DNA from: Oikopleura dioica
Lineage: Eukaryota > Animalia > Chordata
Length of the DNA stretch: 64,000 bases
Assembly (NCBI GenBank): GCA_907165135.1
Contig: OU015566.1
Coordinates: 930,001-994,000, forward strand
Direction: 5' to 3'
Shown: positions 16,492 to 28,916 of the stretch, one piece after another
Layout: each line of letters begins with the position of its first letter
Numbering within the stretch: position 1 is the stretch's first letter
Translations under genes and position numbers: made by a program
The notes under the pieces: generated by a model
Told to the model about the DNA's origin: nothing
The model's database searches: none
What the model saw: only the letters and a program-made list of their open reading frames with translations

Positions 16492-19001
16492 TTATAAAAG
16501 GAGACCGACTTGTTTTTTGGAAAGAGAAACAGGCTTGAGCTTTAAATTTTTGATCTGCTTCTCGAGGTCTTCTGAGTCGATGTCTGAAAGATCGTCCAGA
16601 GATTCGCAGGACTTACCTTTTTTCGTGTTGTAAACTCCGCTCAGGCCAAAAGTCGACTGAAAACAAAAATTTCTTAAATAATTTTTAGGTGTTATTCTTA
16701 CTTGATAATATTGTTTTTTCGCGAGCGTTGAAATCTCCTCGCCGATTTTCTCCTTCGCCGTGACAAGAGTTGTTCTAGCTTCCAGCTGCTGCAGCTTGGC
16801 AGTGACGGAATGTTCCCGCCGGCTGACGTTGCCCTGAAAGGTTAAAGTGTTAAATACTGGTCAATCTCCGGACCACTTCAGATCATCTTCGAGGAAATTG
16901 AATGATTGAACATGAATTTCAATTAATTTAAACTACCAACCTCTTCATGACGTAGTGCTGCTTCATGATGTCTGACAACTTTCGCCTTTGCTCGTAATTT
17001 TTCTGTTTCTGTATGAGCACTGTCCCCTTAAGACTCGCCGCTCCCCGGGGTTCTACTTTCCGCCGAGTCGGAAATACCTCGCTCCAAAGAAGGAGGCATT
17101 ACAGCTCACAAAAATATTTTCCCTTGAACCGTACTTTTCATTTTTGTACCAAAACAAACAAAATTCGGCGAGGTGTGGGGAACCGACAAAAAATTTTAAC
17201 AAATTTTGCGCGGAAATTTTAAACCAATCAGAAGCCGGGATCCGGCGAAGCATCCAATCAGCAGCCGAATAGCCCACGCAAAATTTGTCGATTATTTTTC
17301 CTGACACTCTTCAAAAATTCTACAACTGTATATCTCTCTCTTTGTCGATGGAATATTCAAGAGGAGCTCACACATTCCTTCGCGTTCGGAGATTTGTTTT
17401 TCAAAAGCTTTTAGTTTTCCTTCGCGATCTTTGAGTTTCTGCTTTCGCTCCTTTAATTTGGAATGGAGATCTTCAAGCTAAACAAAATGATTTTGAAAAT
17501 TGAAAGCAAAGAAACCATAAAAAATTAATGAGTGATCAAAAGTGGTTTTTAGGAAAAGCCATTTTTGACGACAACTTTTTTGTAAGCTTAAAACGTCTAT
17601 GCGTTAGCCAAGGATTATCTCCTTTTATTAATAACACAAGAACTGCATAAAAATTTACCTTATTTTTCCGAACAGTAAGTCTTGCAGCAAAATCAGCAAG
17701 CTTTCTTTCTGAATCTTCGACTTTTGCTTCCATCGCTCGTTGTTTTCTTTCTTTGGCCTTGATCCTCAGCATTCCCTGAAATATTGTTTCAAAAGCGGCA
17801 GAAGAGGGAAATGGAACTCACCGCAAGATCCTCGATTTCGGACTCGGAGGACGTCTTTCTCTTGGAATTAGAAGTTACCGAACTTCGCTCGCGCTTTTGT
17901 TTTCGCTAGAAATTTTAATAAGTTGTATTTAATAAAAATTTAAAAAAAAATTATTTCTTTATTCCGATAAGACGAATAACGCTTGTGAGAGTAGGTTTGT
18001 TTACCTCTGTTCAATTTTACTAGGTGCGAAAATTACTGATAAAGATTCATTTTTTCATAATTATAGTGACTAGAAAATAAAGTTCTAGAGATCTCGAGAT
18101 AAGACAAGTCATTTTACTTTCAAGTTATTCATAATCTTTAGTGAGAATAATTAATCGTTGAATCTTAAAAATCAATTTTAAAAAAGAGTTTTCGATCGTA
18201 CTAACAATTCAAATGATAGCTAAAATTTTAGTTTATTACCATTTGACTGAGATTATTTCAAATATAAACATGAAAATTAAAAAAGAAGATTACGGTTTCT
18301 TGAAGAAATAAGATAGATTATAAATAATTATCTGTTATTCATTTACTATTTATGTATGTCTTAGTAGCAAACAGATACAGAACCTGTTCGCTTACGAATA
18401 TGAAAAAAAAATATGATGACGTAGAATTTAGAAATAAACTTTTACGCTCCTTTGCGCAAAGAAAATTAATCACACGAAGTTAGATTTGGCGAAAGTATTT
18501 GGTGGGAGCAGGTGACATACCGAAACCTGCTTAGCCTTGATAGAATCAGCGTCGGAATCGGCCGATCCGCTCTGGACTCCGCTCGAACTGGTTTCGCCGA
18601 ATTCGTTGCGCTTTTTCAAACTGCTTTTTAATGGCGCAGATCGGTCGCTTTTTGGAGAGCTGATCAATTACAGTTTTCGATTTTGCAATTTAATTTTCAC
18701 AATTCTAGAGCCGAAAAAACACTTTTTACACCAAAAAATTCGCCGCTCAAAAACTGTTCCTAGAATCGGTCGCCAATTTTTTCGCAAAAGAAACGCAATT
18801 TTGCGATTTCGACTTCGATTTCGCCGATTTCGTCAATTTTTCCAGCGCCCTAGCGTCTACTTCTTCCGTTTTCCGCCTCTGTTCCCGTCTTCGTCTTCGT
18901 TTTTCAGAAGATTGCTCGACCACGAGTCCCCGATCTTTCATTTCGCTGTGCAGGGAGCGCAGTTTTTTGCGATCGTGCGAGGGTTCATCTTTTTTGCCCA
19001 T
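16492..19001 (-). CDS. Multi-exon charged coiled-coil protein, function unknown
   Basis: Lys/Glu/Arg-rich exons at ~18747-19001, 18520-18660, 17660-17775, 17360-17480, 16720-16835 and 16492-16640. Confidence 0.65.
17172..17308. mobile_element. CCAAT-bearing MITE family, copy 1 (intronic)
   Basis: ggaaccgacaaaaaatttt...aaatttgtcga..ttttcctgac inverted ends; internal ccaatcag twice. Confidence 0.75.
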
Positions 19002-19544
19002 TCAGGAAGAAATTTTCGAAGATTTTCAATGTCTAAAAAGAGGATTAAAATAACAATCAAACAGAATTTTATCAAAATAATTAATTGTAGAAAAATAAAA
19101 ATTTAAAATCGAAAAAAATTAATTTATTTTATTTAAAAAATAAAATAATTAAATTATTTAAAAAAAATTAATAAAAAAATAAAAATTTACTTTTTAAAAA
19201 CCATCCTTGAAAGAAAAAGCGTCGTTTTGGGCTGAAAACCAAAAGACAAAACCACAACGACGTCTTTGAGCAAACGTTGGGCTCCCACGTCGGTCTCGTA
19301 TCTCCTTCACCCACAGGCCGGTGGTAACGTTTTTTCCGCCAAATTCGAGCCGTTTAATAATAAACTCCTCCTTTTTCTTTTTCCAAAACGTGAGAAGAAA
19401 GGACTGAAGACATTTGTGAGATAATTCGAAACCTTGAATAACCACCGTCTGACAGCCCGGATTTTGAAGCCGCTTATTCCAGCATAAATATATGCAATTA
19501 CTTTCGAAAAGTTAGGAAACTTTCGAGCCTGCAAGAAGGGTCTC

Positions 19545-19990
19545 AGAGTTCTTCACTGAAAAGCCGCGCAGCGGCTTTTGAAAATACGAAGCCGCGAAGC
19601 GGCTTTGCCATAAAATCTAAATCCTTTTGAAACTCGATTTTGTAAAAGCCGCGAATCGGATCTTGAACATTTCAAGTAAAAAGCCGCGGAGCGGCTTTTT
19701 CAAAATCGAAGCCGCAAAGCGGCTTTGCAAGAGTTTGGAAGAGGTTCCAAGAGTTAATTTGTTAAAGCGGCTTTTCGGCTTTGTATTTGAAAAAGCCGCA
19801 AATCCGGTCCAAAAGAACTTTACTGAAAAGCCGCGCAGCGGCTCTTAGAAAATCGAAGCCGCGAAGCCAAAATATCTATTCTTAAAATTTTTAAAATTCT
19901 GGCGAAGCCGCTTCGCGGCTTTCTATTTAAGAAAAGCTGCATCGCGGCTTTTCCAGGAAACTCTAACATATCCTGACTCAGGTTCTCTAA
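19545..19990. mobile_element. Foldback MITE family with aagccgcNNNgcggctt hairpins and cctgactcagg subterminal motif (internally duplicated copy)
   Basis: At least six hairpin units; ends in cctgactcaggtt at ~19973. Confidence 0.75.
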
Positions 19991-20424
19991 ACAGGCTTAA
20001 CAAACTGGAAAATGCAAAAGGCTTCTGCCAATCGCTAAATGAAAAACCAACTTCACCACAAAAATTCAAATCCCTTTCAACCGGATTTCGCCGGGCCCGT
20101 CCGCGATATGCGCCGGAGCTCCTTACTTAGCGACGTGCAACAAACAACTCTTCCAAAACAAAAATATTCGATTCGACAAATTCTCCTTTTAGAAAGAAAT
20201 TATTGAATTTCGGAAAATGAATAATTTCAAGTGCTGGCTTATCATTACAAGGCGATATAATAATTTGCAGTTTGAAGCGATGTGATAAGCGGCAATCACG
20301 TTCCGCAGACTTTTAACTGGACGGACATGTGTTCCGCTAAGTCACTGAATTTTTCGAGATTCGAGGATGCAATTTAAGACCTCAAGCGAGAATCTTCTAA
20401 AATGACTTTTGAATATTTCCTTAA

Positions 20425-20858
20425 GGACCCCCCCGTCATGTTTGACGATTTTCGGGAATCGATTCTCTGAGTTCTGAGGATCATTCATCTCTATTGTCGA
20501 TTCTCTATTTGCCCATTTTTCGGTCGATCACCAATCTTCAAACCCTTTTTTCTTAGTGAAACCCTTAAGGTATCATCATACACTTGATGCGGTGCCCCCG
20601 ACAAGGGTCTCAGCTAAATTTTCAACATACAAAAATTTTGATCAGTTAAGGTGATCATAATGATAGCCATGTTTGAAAAATATTTTCACTTTAACATATC
20701 GTTGCGACACCCTTAAGAGACCTATGAGCTTGTTTTCCTTATGGTGCCCTAGAGCAGCTATCGAGCTACAAAATACTCAAAAAATATATCAAAAATCTTA
20801 AGGGGATCAACCCGATATCCCTGTTTGAAAAAGTCATTATCACATGACGGAGGGGTCC
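20425..20858. mobile_element. TTAA-GG..CC-TTAA MITE (Kolobok-like)
   Basis: TTAA 20421-24 and 20859-62; TIR ggacccccccgtcatgt / ggacccctccgtcatgt (17 bp, 1 mismatch). Confidence 0.88.
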
Positions 20859-20889
20859 TTAAAAATCGGTTAAATCATATCTGGCTCGG

Positions 20890-21034
20890 CTCGGCAACTT
20901 GTCAAGAAAACCTGAGTCAGGGTCTGTAAGAGCTCGAATGATAAGCCGCGCAGCGGCTTTTTTTAAGAACGAAGCCGGCTTATCATTCGAGCTCTTTAAG
21001 TTCCTGACTCAGGTTTACTACACAGGTTGCCGAA
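20890..21034. mobile_element. Short foldback MITE, same family as 35704-35943
   Basis: aacctgagtcagg..cctgactcaggtt arms and an internal perfect 20-bp IR aagagctcgaatgataagcc. Confidence 0.8.
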
Positions 21035-21981
21035 CCCGGGGTTTTGAAAGGCTTTTGATAAAAGCCTCAATAGCGGATTTTCCTTAAAAAACTAAACTTG
21101 ACCATACCTACTGTACTTAAAATGATTATTACCGCAAGAGGAAGTGGACTTTTTCAGAAAATCTGTTTACACTCACAAAAGAGAAAAAGATTTGCACACT
21201 CATTTTCTAGATAAAAGAAGAGAATGAATAATACTCGTTTCATAATTTTTATGCAAATTCAAAAAACATTAATGAATCAAAGATTTCGCAAATAAAGGAG
21301 GTTGCTGACGCGCCGCCTTCGTACGAAGTCTGCATGAAAAATAATGCCCACTGGGCTTCAGGTAAATTAAAACATGGGAAAATCAAACTCATCTTTAGGA
21401 AGCTCCGATACCCAGTCCTCCTTCTTTACATAATGTTCCAAATGAGTCGGAATCTGCTTTACCAGCAGAAACGATTTGTCCAAACAGAAGCAATTTTCAG
21501 ACAAAATTGCTTGCCTACTGTTTCTTGTTTGTTACTTTGTTAATTTTTGTATCGCTCATTATTGTTCTTGGCTTTATTTATTTAGAGTAAATTTAATGCT
21601 TCTTGACCGTTATTTTTCAATTTCTCCTTAGAATAAAAAATCACCGTCGAAAAAATGCAAACCCAATTTCAACTTCTCCCGGCCGCAGCTCACAGATTTT
21701 CTGTCCCGCTTTTTCGTGGGAACGCAAAAAATTTTATAAAAAAAAACCAAAAGGGCCCGTGATTTCAACCTTTTTAAAAAACGACAGCGCAGATGCGACA
21801 TGAGAGAAGAAAATGTCACTCGGTTAAAAGTTTAAGAGTGACGTGCCAATTATGGCGGTAATTGACCAGAAGAGGGCTTTTTTGGTGGATTAAGAAAAGA
21901 TGAACTTTTAATTCTTTTTGCGTTTGCGTTTTTGCATAATTTTGAGAAAAAAGCTTCAAAAAAGAGAGACGCCCTTATTAA

Positions 21982-22192
21982 GGGATGGCGTCTGGAACCC
22001 CCCAAAAAAAAACTCGAAAATTGGCTGCTGATTGGCCGGTTTGCCGAATCAAGGCTTCTGATTGGTAGAAAATTTTGCCTGGATTTTTCAGCCAATCAGA
22101 AGCCTAGATTCGTTAACCCTGCCAATCAACAGCCGATTAGCCGCACACGCAAAATTTGTCGAAATTTTTTGCCGGTTCCTATCGCAAGCCCC
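21982..22192. mobile_element. CCAAT-bearing MITE family, copy 2
   Basis: Starts after TTAA with gg; contains ctgattgg x2 and ccaatca x2; ends aaatttgtcgaaatttttgccggttcct..gcccc. Confidence 0.75.
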
Positions 22193-22932
22193 TTATTTTG
22201 CCTTGAATTATATTTCCGGGGAGCTATTGATTTGATGATTATCTCAAATCTTCAGACAAAAATATCAAGCGCGATTTTAGTCCCCATTTTTGGTTCCGAT
22301 TCTAAAGCGAATCAAACTCGATTTCCCGACCAAAAATATCAAGCCCTTCCCCTTACTTTCCTCTCTGAAGAAGCACTTAATTTCAAAAGAAAAAGTTCTT
22401 AGAAGAAAGAAGGCTGATAAATGTGGGAATTCGCGAGTCAATTTTGTGTCAGAAGTGATGTCAGAAATGTCAGAGACCAGCCGGTCGGTTTGATAAGGAG
22501 TTATCTGCTATCGCGCTGAATACACAGCGGGGGAGGAAGGTTACGTAAAAGTTTAAACGGTCTGGTCGACTGTCAGTGTTTCGAGATACTGTATTTTCAT
22601 TTCGGAACGCTAGAATTTCCAAAAGAACCTTTCTAGGGCTATTTTTTCAACAAGAATTATGGGACACGTCTGAATCGGAATCCGCCCATCCCGCGTAAAA
22701 TTTAAATAATCCGAGTAAAAAATGCCCCGAATATTTTTTGAAACTCAAGCTAAGAAATAAGAATTTTGTGAACTTTCTTTTCTAGAGAGACGTTGTGGTG
22801 AAGTTGTAATTTGTGATCTAATAATACCTCGTCCGGGGTTGTTTTGACGCGCTTTCCGTAGAAAAGATAGGGCGTTGGTTTGATACTTAGAGAGGTACTT
22901 AGAGAAATGAATCAAGAAAGGGGAAGTTTTAA

Positions 22933-23213
22933 GGGGGTAGATGTCAATAATCGGATTTCCTTGCAGTCTTTTTTTCCAATTTTTATCAAATTAACACCCT
23001 TATTTTTTCTGCTCAAATTCATTTTAGGCAATTAATGAAAGCCAAAAATTATGATTTCTTGTGCAAAAAAAATCAGGAAATATTTAATTTCGACTTCGAT
23101 ACGAAAAAGATAAGGGTCTGAATTTTTAGTTGCCGGAGAAAAATAAGGGTGTCACTTTGTAAAATTTTGGAGAAAAAGCTGAAGCCAAATGCCGATTCTT
23201 GATATCTACAACC
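22933..23213. mobile_element. TTAA-GG..CC-TTAA MITE (Kolobok-like)
   Basis: TTAA 22929-32 and 23214-17; TIR gggggtagatgtcaataatcgg ~ ggttgtagatatcaagaatcgg; internal IR acacccttatttt. The right TTAA is followed by gggtgtcc, the start seen at 5006. Confidence 0.8.
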
Positions 23214-23803
23214 TTAAGGGTGTCCGAAAACGATTTATAATATTATACTTTTAATATATGAATGATATACCATATGATATGCTCCATATCAATTTGATAT
23301 TGACAATATAATTTATTTCGGATTTTTGTCACAAAACATTAAATCCCTAAAACACCCTGGGATTCTTTTTAGAAACCGCAGAACATAAGTCGAAGTGTTG
23401 GGAATACTAATTGAGGGTTGTTTTAACGATAAGCCGAAAATTATTTTTCCTCAAACTCCGAATAGCCCCCTCAAAACAACTCTGACCAAGTACCGAAAAC
23501 ATCGACTTTTGATCAAATCTGGCTCATTTTGCTCAATTATCAAAAATGGCGCTTGAAATCTATACGGCTTTTCTTTAAAGTAAGACCATCCTTGATCTCC
23601 GTGGCGGATACTTTAGGCCCTTCGCTTCTTCTTAGCGAAAGAAGTATCAATCAGGTTTCAATAAAGAAGGACTGACGCGGCCGGAAACGAGGCTCTTGAG
23701 GATTTCCGCTGCGCTCTGTGTTCTACATGAGCACGGATTTAGGAAAGCTCAGTTGCTCCTTTTAAATAAGAAGGGTGATTTAAAGGGGTTCCAAACGAAT
23801 TAA

Positions 23804-23958
23804 GGGGGCGGCGTCAAGAACCGACAAAAATTTTTCGACAAATTTTGGATGGGTGGCTACTCGGCTGCTGACTGGCCGGTTAGCAGTATCCAGGTCTCTG
23901 ATTGGCTGAAATTTCCACGCGAAATTTGTCGAATTTTTGTCGGTTCTTTACACCGCCC
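23804..23958. mobile_element. CCAAT-bearing MITE family, copy 3
   Basis: TTAA-gggggcggcgtcaagaaccgacaaaaattt ... aaatttgtcgaatttttgtcggttctttacaccgccc. Confidence 0.8.
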
Positions 23959-24469
23959 TGCTTCTAGGGCCTTTCTGAACTATTTCTAGAAAAGTCAGAA
24001 GAAATCATAGATTCTCGCGGCTGAAATTAAGTCAATTATTGGTTATATCTTTTTTATAGCACTCCCTTAATTTCGATTGAGCTCCACAGCCAATGATCAA
24101 GACCTTTAGCAGCGTCAGATTGATTTTTACGAAAAAGGGTTCAAAACGTGAGGAGATGAAAAATTTAATCCGTGTCAGCTTTACGGGGAAGTTTCTTTTA
24201 TTAACAATTTATTATCGTTATCACGCATCTGTCGCTTGAGTTGTTCGCCGCGGTCTCCTGCTGTGTTGATAAATATTTGGCTGATATCCCGCTCAGAATG
24301 AATAAGACCCCATGTCTTTGTCAGAGGAGAGACAGCAAGTCATGACTGATAAGACTTGAGCGCGAGAATTCAAATGGCGGATTTTGACAGATTAAAAGAT
24401 TGAGAAGATTTTGGAGTTTTAGAAAAGATAAGATTTTTTCGCAAATGGGACGTCAAATCGACTTGGTTG

Positions 24470-24665
24470 AAGAATTTACTGAAAAGCCGCGGAGCGGCTT
24501 TTTCCAAAAACGAAGCCGCAAAGCGACTTCGCCAGAAGTCTTGATAGGTTGAGGGGGAAATATTTCGAAGACGCTTTGCGGCTTCGTTTATAAAAAAAAA
24601 CAGCTCAGCGGCTTTTCATTTTAGAGATTTCAAATCCTGACTCAGGTTTTTTGCTCAGGTTGGTG
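24470..24665. mobile_element. Foldback hairpin MITE family, degenerate copy
   Basis: aaagccgcggagcggcttt, gaagccgcaaagcg, gctttgcggcttcg, cctgactcaggtt. Confidence 0.7.
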
Positions 24666-25389
24666 ATCCATAATAATAGCACCAGAGTGTTGAATTTCGG
24701 TTGGCTTTTAGAAGTCGCGACAAATCGTAGAATGAAACGCAATACAGTGCGATTAGTTCAAATTTTCTGCGTAAAAATCGATGGCGACGGAAGTAGATAA
24801 TCTCGGGTGATCTTAAGAGAAAACGAGTGCTCCGTGGATATGTAACGATTGAGCGTGGCATGCCGAGCTCAAGTGACGTGAATCATGAACACTTGCCGAA
24901 GTCATAACTAGCGCATTCCGAATCGTTCAAAAAGACACGGCCGCTGCCCCAACTCTGCCAAACTCGCGGTCGCTTTTTGTTTAGAAAAAGACATGCCGCG
25001 AGAAATGGACATCTTACAATTAGAAAATTACTCCGCGGAAAATAGAACTCAAGCAACACATCTTTTTTTCAAAAAAAAATTTTTTTTTTCGCGAAAAAAT
25101 ATATTTTTAAATAAAATATTAAAAATTATATTTTCATTCATTAATGAAAAATATTTTAATGAATTATTAAAATAAAAAAAAACTTATTTTGATAAATAAT
25201 TTTTTACTTAATAATTTATTTCAATACTGATAAAATTTTTCATAATTAAAAAAAATTAAAATAATAAAATTAAGAAAAAATCTGACACAAAAAATTGTCT
25301 TTTTCTTTGCTTGGTTGAGCGAAATTTTTCGTGAAAAAAAAAACTGGACAAGTTAAAAATAATTATTTTTGCTTGGCGCTAAGCTCGGC

Positions 25390-26925
25390 TCCTAAGATAA
25401 TCAAAAAGGCGAGTGCGGCGGGCCACGTTCCCACCATGAAATCGGCGGACACTTTGCACAAAAGAGAAGTGTTCAAGAGAAGATCTTTAGAAGAAGCCCT
25501 CGCAGAGAAGGGCAATTTAATTATATTAAGAGTCTTTTTCTTGAGTTTTTTTTTCAATTTTTCAAGAAGAAAAATTAGAAAATAGACGAAAACGAAAAAG
25601 TAGAAAAACCTATTCACGAGCATTTTTTCTGATATCTGATTGGCCTAGGATCTTAATGCAGACATCTGATTTGTCTTAAACTTGATATTTAAATTCGTTA
25701 TTTTTTTTCGATTTTAGATTCGAGCCGGCTACCAAACTGATTTTTTTCATCAAAAACCATAATTTGAATAACTTTTAACAATTCGTTTATTGTTAATTTG
25801 ACTTTTCTATTGAGAATTTACTTACAAAAAAGTCTTCTTTGTTTTTCTTAATTTTTCGTTGTCGAAATCTCTCGTTTTGTTCGAATCTCAGGTTTGATTA
25901 TTCAGAATATTGAAAAAGTGTTTAGTTCAGCGTTTGCAAAAGGGAAGGATACTGAGGTCTTTACGGCGCAGCAGGCGGCCGCGGGGCGCGGAAAATCACG
26001 AAAACGCGCTCTCTAGCGCCGCCGCATCAAAGAAAAGTAGTAAAGCGCTTAGTCACGAGTTCTAAATTTACTTGATCCTATGAATACGATACAAACAGGG
26101 TTAGAAGCGGCGACGGAAAACAAGGATGATTATTATAAATCGGCGATTATTAATGTTCAACCCAAAATACTGCATTTTCAAACGCAATTGCTGAAGAAAC
26201 GCTGCGGAAAGAATATTTGAGAGTCATTTTATGATTCACTTGAAAGCAAATTTACTTTGATTGCTCACGCGTTTTCCCTTTTTCTAATCGTAAAAAGCGG
26301 AGCTTGCGTCAGTCGGAATATTTTCAAAACAGAAAAAAACTGCTTTTCTCGAGAGAATTTTGAGGATGCCCAACGTTCTTCGTGAATCCCACGAACGTTT
26401 TCAATTAGGTAAAAGAACCCACAATGCAATTTTTAAAAGCAAAATCGCGCATTTTTTACGAGCTCTTTACACTCAGAAGGAAAAGGGCGCTGTGTAAGAG
26501 CACATAAAGTGCGAGATTATGGATTTTAAGACGTTCGCCAAATTGATTGACCAACCTTTTTTAAAAAATTCTTAGCTCGAATATTCCACCAAAACATCAT
26601 TAACACCACCCATGCCTCCCGAATCGCCCAAAACCCAGAAGATCGAGCCCAAATAGTTGCCCTTGATGATGAATCACAAGCAAACATTGACTCACTCCCA
26701 GCCCTTTTTGTCGATTGTGAGACAACGCTGAAAGAGCAAGCTGACAACATGAAAGTCATCGGAAAAATCATCAAGGAGGACAACTTCTACAACACCGTCG
26801 AGGAAGACACTGCTCAAACAAACATTGTTCAAAATATGCTTGATGGCTTCAAGTACACTTTTGGTCTTCTCAAAAATGTCGAGTGGCTAGGAAGAACCTT
26901 ACCTGGCGTAGAAACAGAACTGTGA
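25390..26925 (+). CDS. Hypothetical multi-exon protein
   Basis: Open, GC-enriched last exon 26576-26925 (RIFHQNIINTTHASRIAQNPEDRAQ...GRTLPGVETEL*) after a ttcttag acceptor. Candidate upstream exons at ~25390-25510 and 26340-26410. Confidence 0.5.
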
Positions 26926-26989
26926 GAAAACTCTTCCTCTGTTTTGGTATTAATTTATTTATAAAAAAATAAAAAAAGGGAAAACAGCT

Positions 26990-27164
26990 CGGATCTCGCT
27001 CAAACCTCGCTCAGCTATCATATTTTTTGCCCTTGAGCGAGCGAGCGACTGAGCGGTTCTCTATGAAAATCAGTTGAGTGAGCGGAGCGTGAGCGATCGC
27101 TCGCTCGCTCATCGCTCGCTCACGCTCAGATGTCGCTTAGCGCTCAGCCAGAATTGGAACCCTG
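26990..27164. mobile_element. Truncated hAT-like remnant with (GAGC/GCTC)n subterminal repeats
   Basis: gagcgagcgagc..cgctcgctcgctc tracts ending ttggaaccctg. No left TIR or TSD found. Confidence 0.4.
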
Positions 27165-27209
27165 GTAGCGACAATTTTCAAGATTTTTGAACCAAAATCT
27201 TTGTCGCTT

Positions 27210-27413
27210 TCTAGGCCCCTTATAATGGCCGAACCCGAACCTTAACCATGATCCGAACTCGAACCAGAACCTGAGCTCAAAAATGAACCCAAACCCAAGC
27301 CCAGACTATTGCCCGAAAATGAATAAAAGTGGAAGAAACCGAAATGATGACGGAGAGAAAAATGGGTGTTGGAAAGACGTTGTACCATATATGGCACATT
27401 TGGCGGCGTAGGG
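27210..27413 (-). mobile_element. Truncated piggyBac-like MITE, inverted copy of 27636-27840
   Basis: ~200 bp match to the reverse complement of 27636-27838; terminus ...tttggcggcgtaggg-TTAA. Confidence 0.85.
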
Positions 27414-27516
27414 TTAAGGACCCCCGTCAGCTTTTTCCTTCAAAAAATGGAAATTTTTAAAAATTTTCTCGAAGATGACATCTTTTATTGAATTGATTTC
27501 GTTTATTTTTGTTTAA

Positions 27517-27631
27517 GCTTTCGGACTTGTTTGTCCATCTTCAGAAACAGTGAGTGGCAGAGATAAGAGTGTGCAAAATTGTTATCTCTGCCACTCACTG
27601 TTTCTGAAGATGGACAAACAAGTCCGAAAGC
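27517..27631. mobile_element. 115-bp perfect hairpin element flanked by TTAA
   Basis: 27513-27566 is the exact reverse complement of 27582-27635 (54 bp including TTAA); 15-bp spacer. Confidence 0.9.
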
Positions 27632-27635
27632 TTAA

Positions 27636-27914
27636 CCCTACGCCGCCAAATGTGCCATATATGGCACAAGGGCTTTCCAACACCCATTTTTCTCTCCGTC
27701 ATCATATCGGGTTCTTCCATTTTTACTCATATTCGGGCAATAGTCTGGGCTTGGGTTTGGGTTCATTTTTGAGCTCGGGTCCTGGTTCAAATTCGGATCT
27801 AGGTTGAGGTTCGGGTTCGGCCATTATATGGGGCCTAGGACGACGGAAAAGATGATGTGCCATATATGGCACATTTGGCGGCGGGGGTTGAAATTTTAGT
27901 TTGGCGGCGTAAGG
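27636..27914 (+). mobile_element. piggyBac-like MITE (TTAA-CCC ends)
   Basis: TTAA 27632-35 and 27915-18; ccctacgccgccaaa TIR; internal palindrome gtgccatatatggcac near both ends. Confidence 0.85.
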
Positions 27915-28760
27915 TTAAACAAAAATAAACGAAATCAATTTTTAAAAATACCACATTTTTGGTTTTAAATGCGTCCTTTGGTTAAACTTCCTTTAAAAAC
28001 TTGATAGGAGGAATTTTTGACTAAGAAAATCAGGGGAAATTAGGGCAAACTCGTCGATTTTCGTGAAGTCCAATTGTCAAATGCGATTTTGAGGGTGTTA
28101 GAGTCGAGATAGACCCCCAAAAAATGAAACCTCAAAATCGTTTTTTGACCTGTAGAATCCATTTCCAGGGTCGAAATTTTGAAATTCCGAAAATAAATTT
28201 ATCGAAAATTGTTGACGGGGGAGGGGGGGGGTCCTTAAACCATTTGTCAGGCTTTTTTAGAAAATCATATCTGAGCATCAAAATTATTGGTTGACAAAAT
28301 ATGTTTAATAATCCGTTCACGCGAAATGATTCACAAGCCCCTCGATTTATGTTTAGCAAACTGGCTAAACACGATAAATTGGGCGGCGGCAAAATTTCGA
28401 TTTTTTTTTCTGAAAATCTTAAAAATCCTCAAGTTGATAGTTTGAGCGCCTACTGAATTGAATCACTGGTAAAATACAAGAGCGCACGTCAGATTGAAAT
28501 AAAAAGTTAATGTAATTTACAAGCGCAATGTCTAAATTAAATTAATTAATGAGAAGCCCGCATTCCAAAAATGAAAATCAATAGACCCGATATTGAAGAT
28601 AAAGAGAGACTCCACCAGGCAGATATTTCAAATTGAAAATGTTAAATTAAAAGGAAAAAAATGAAATGAAGAGAAATTATGAAAGTTTTGCGAAAAAACA
28701 TAAAAGGAAAGATTTTTCAAAATAAAGTAAAATAATGAATTTGAGATCATTTTTTCTGAA

Positions 28761-28916
28761 ATCTGATTGGCTGACAGGCTAAAAACGGAAATCTAATTGG
28801 TCATTAGTCAAAAAGCGGAAATCTGATTGGCCAACAGCCAACAAGCGGTTATCTGATTGGCCGACAGAAAAATAGCGAAAATCTGATTGGCCAACAGGCA
28901 AATAGCCGTAATCTGA
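28761..28916 (-). repeat. Tandem array of 30-bp units, each carrying ATCTGATTGG (CCAAT box on the minus strand)
   Basis: Motif starts at 28761, 28791 (atctaattgg), 28821, 28851, 28881, and partially at 28911. Confidence 0.9.

Larger units (their letters stand above)
27418..28234. mobile_element. Kolobok-like element (ggacccccgtca..tgacggggg..gtcc) hosting nested TTAA elements
   Basis: TTAA at 27414-17 and 28235-38; its right ~170 bp matches 44490-44653 and 45530-45694. Confidence 0.8.

Noticed and set aside
19200-24900. Possible dispersed minus-strand exons (20230-20340, 21350-21520, 24655-24861)
   Set aside because: Frames are ambiguous and there is no domain match; not reported as a gene.
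28761-28916. CRISPR-like periodic repeat
   Set aside because: Only 10 bp are conserved, spacers resemble each other, the context is eukaryotic and there are no cas genes.
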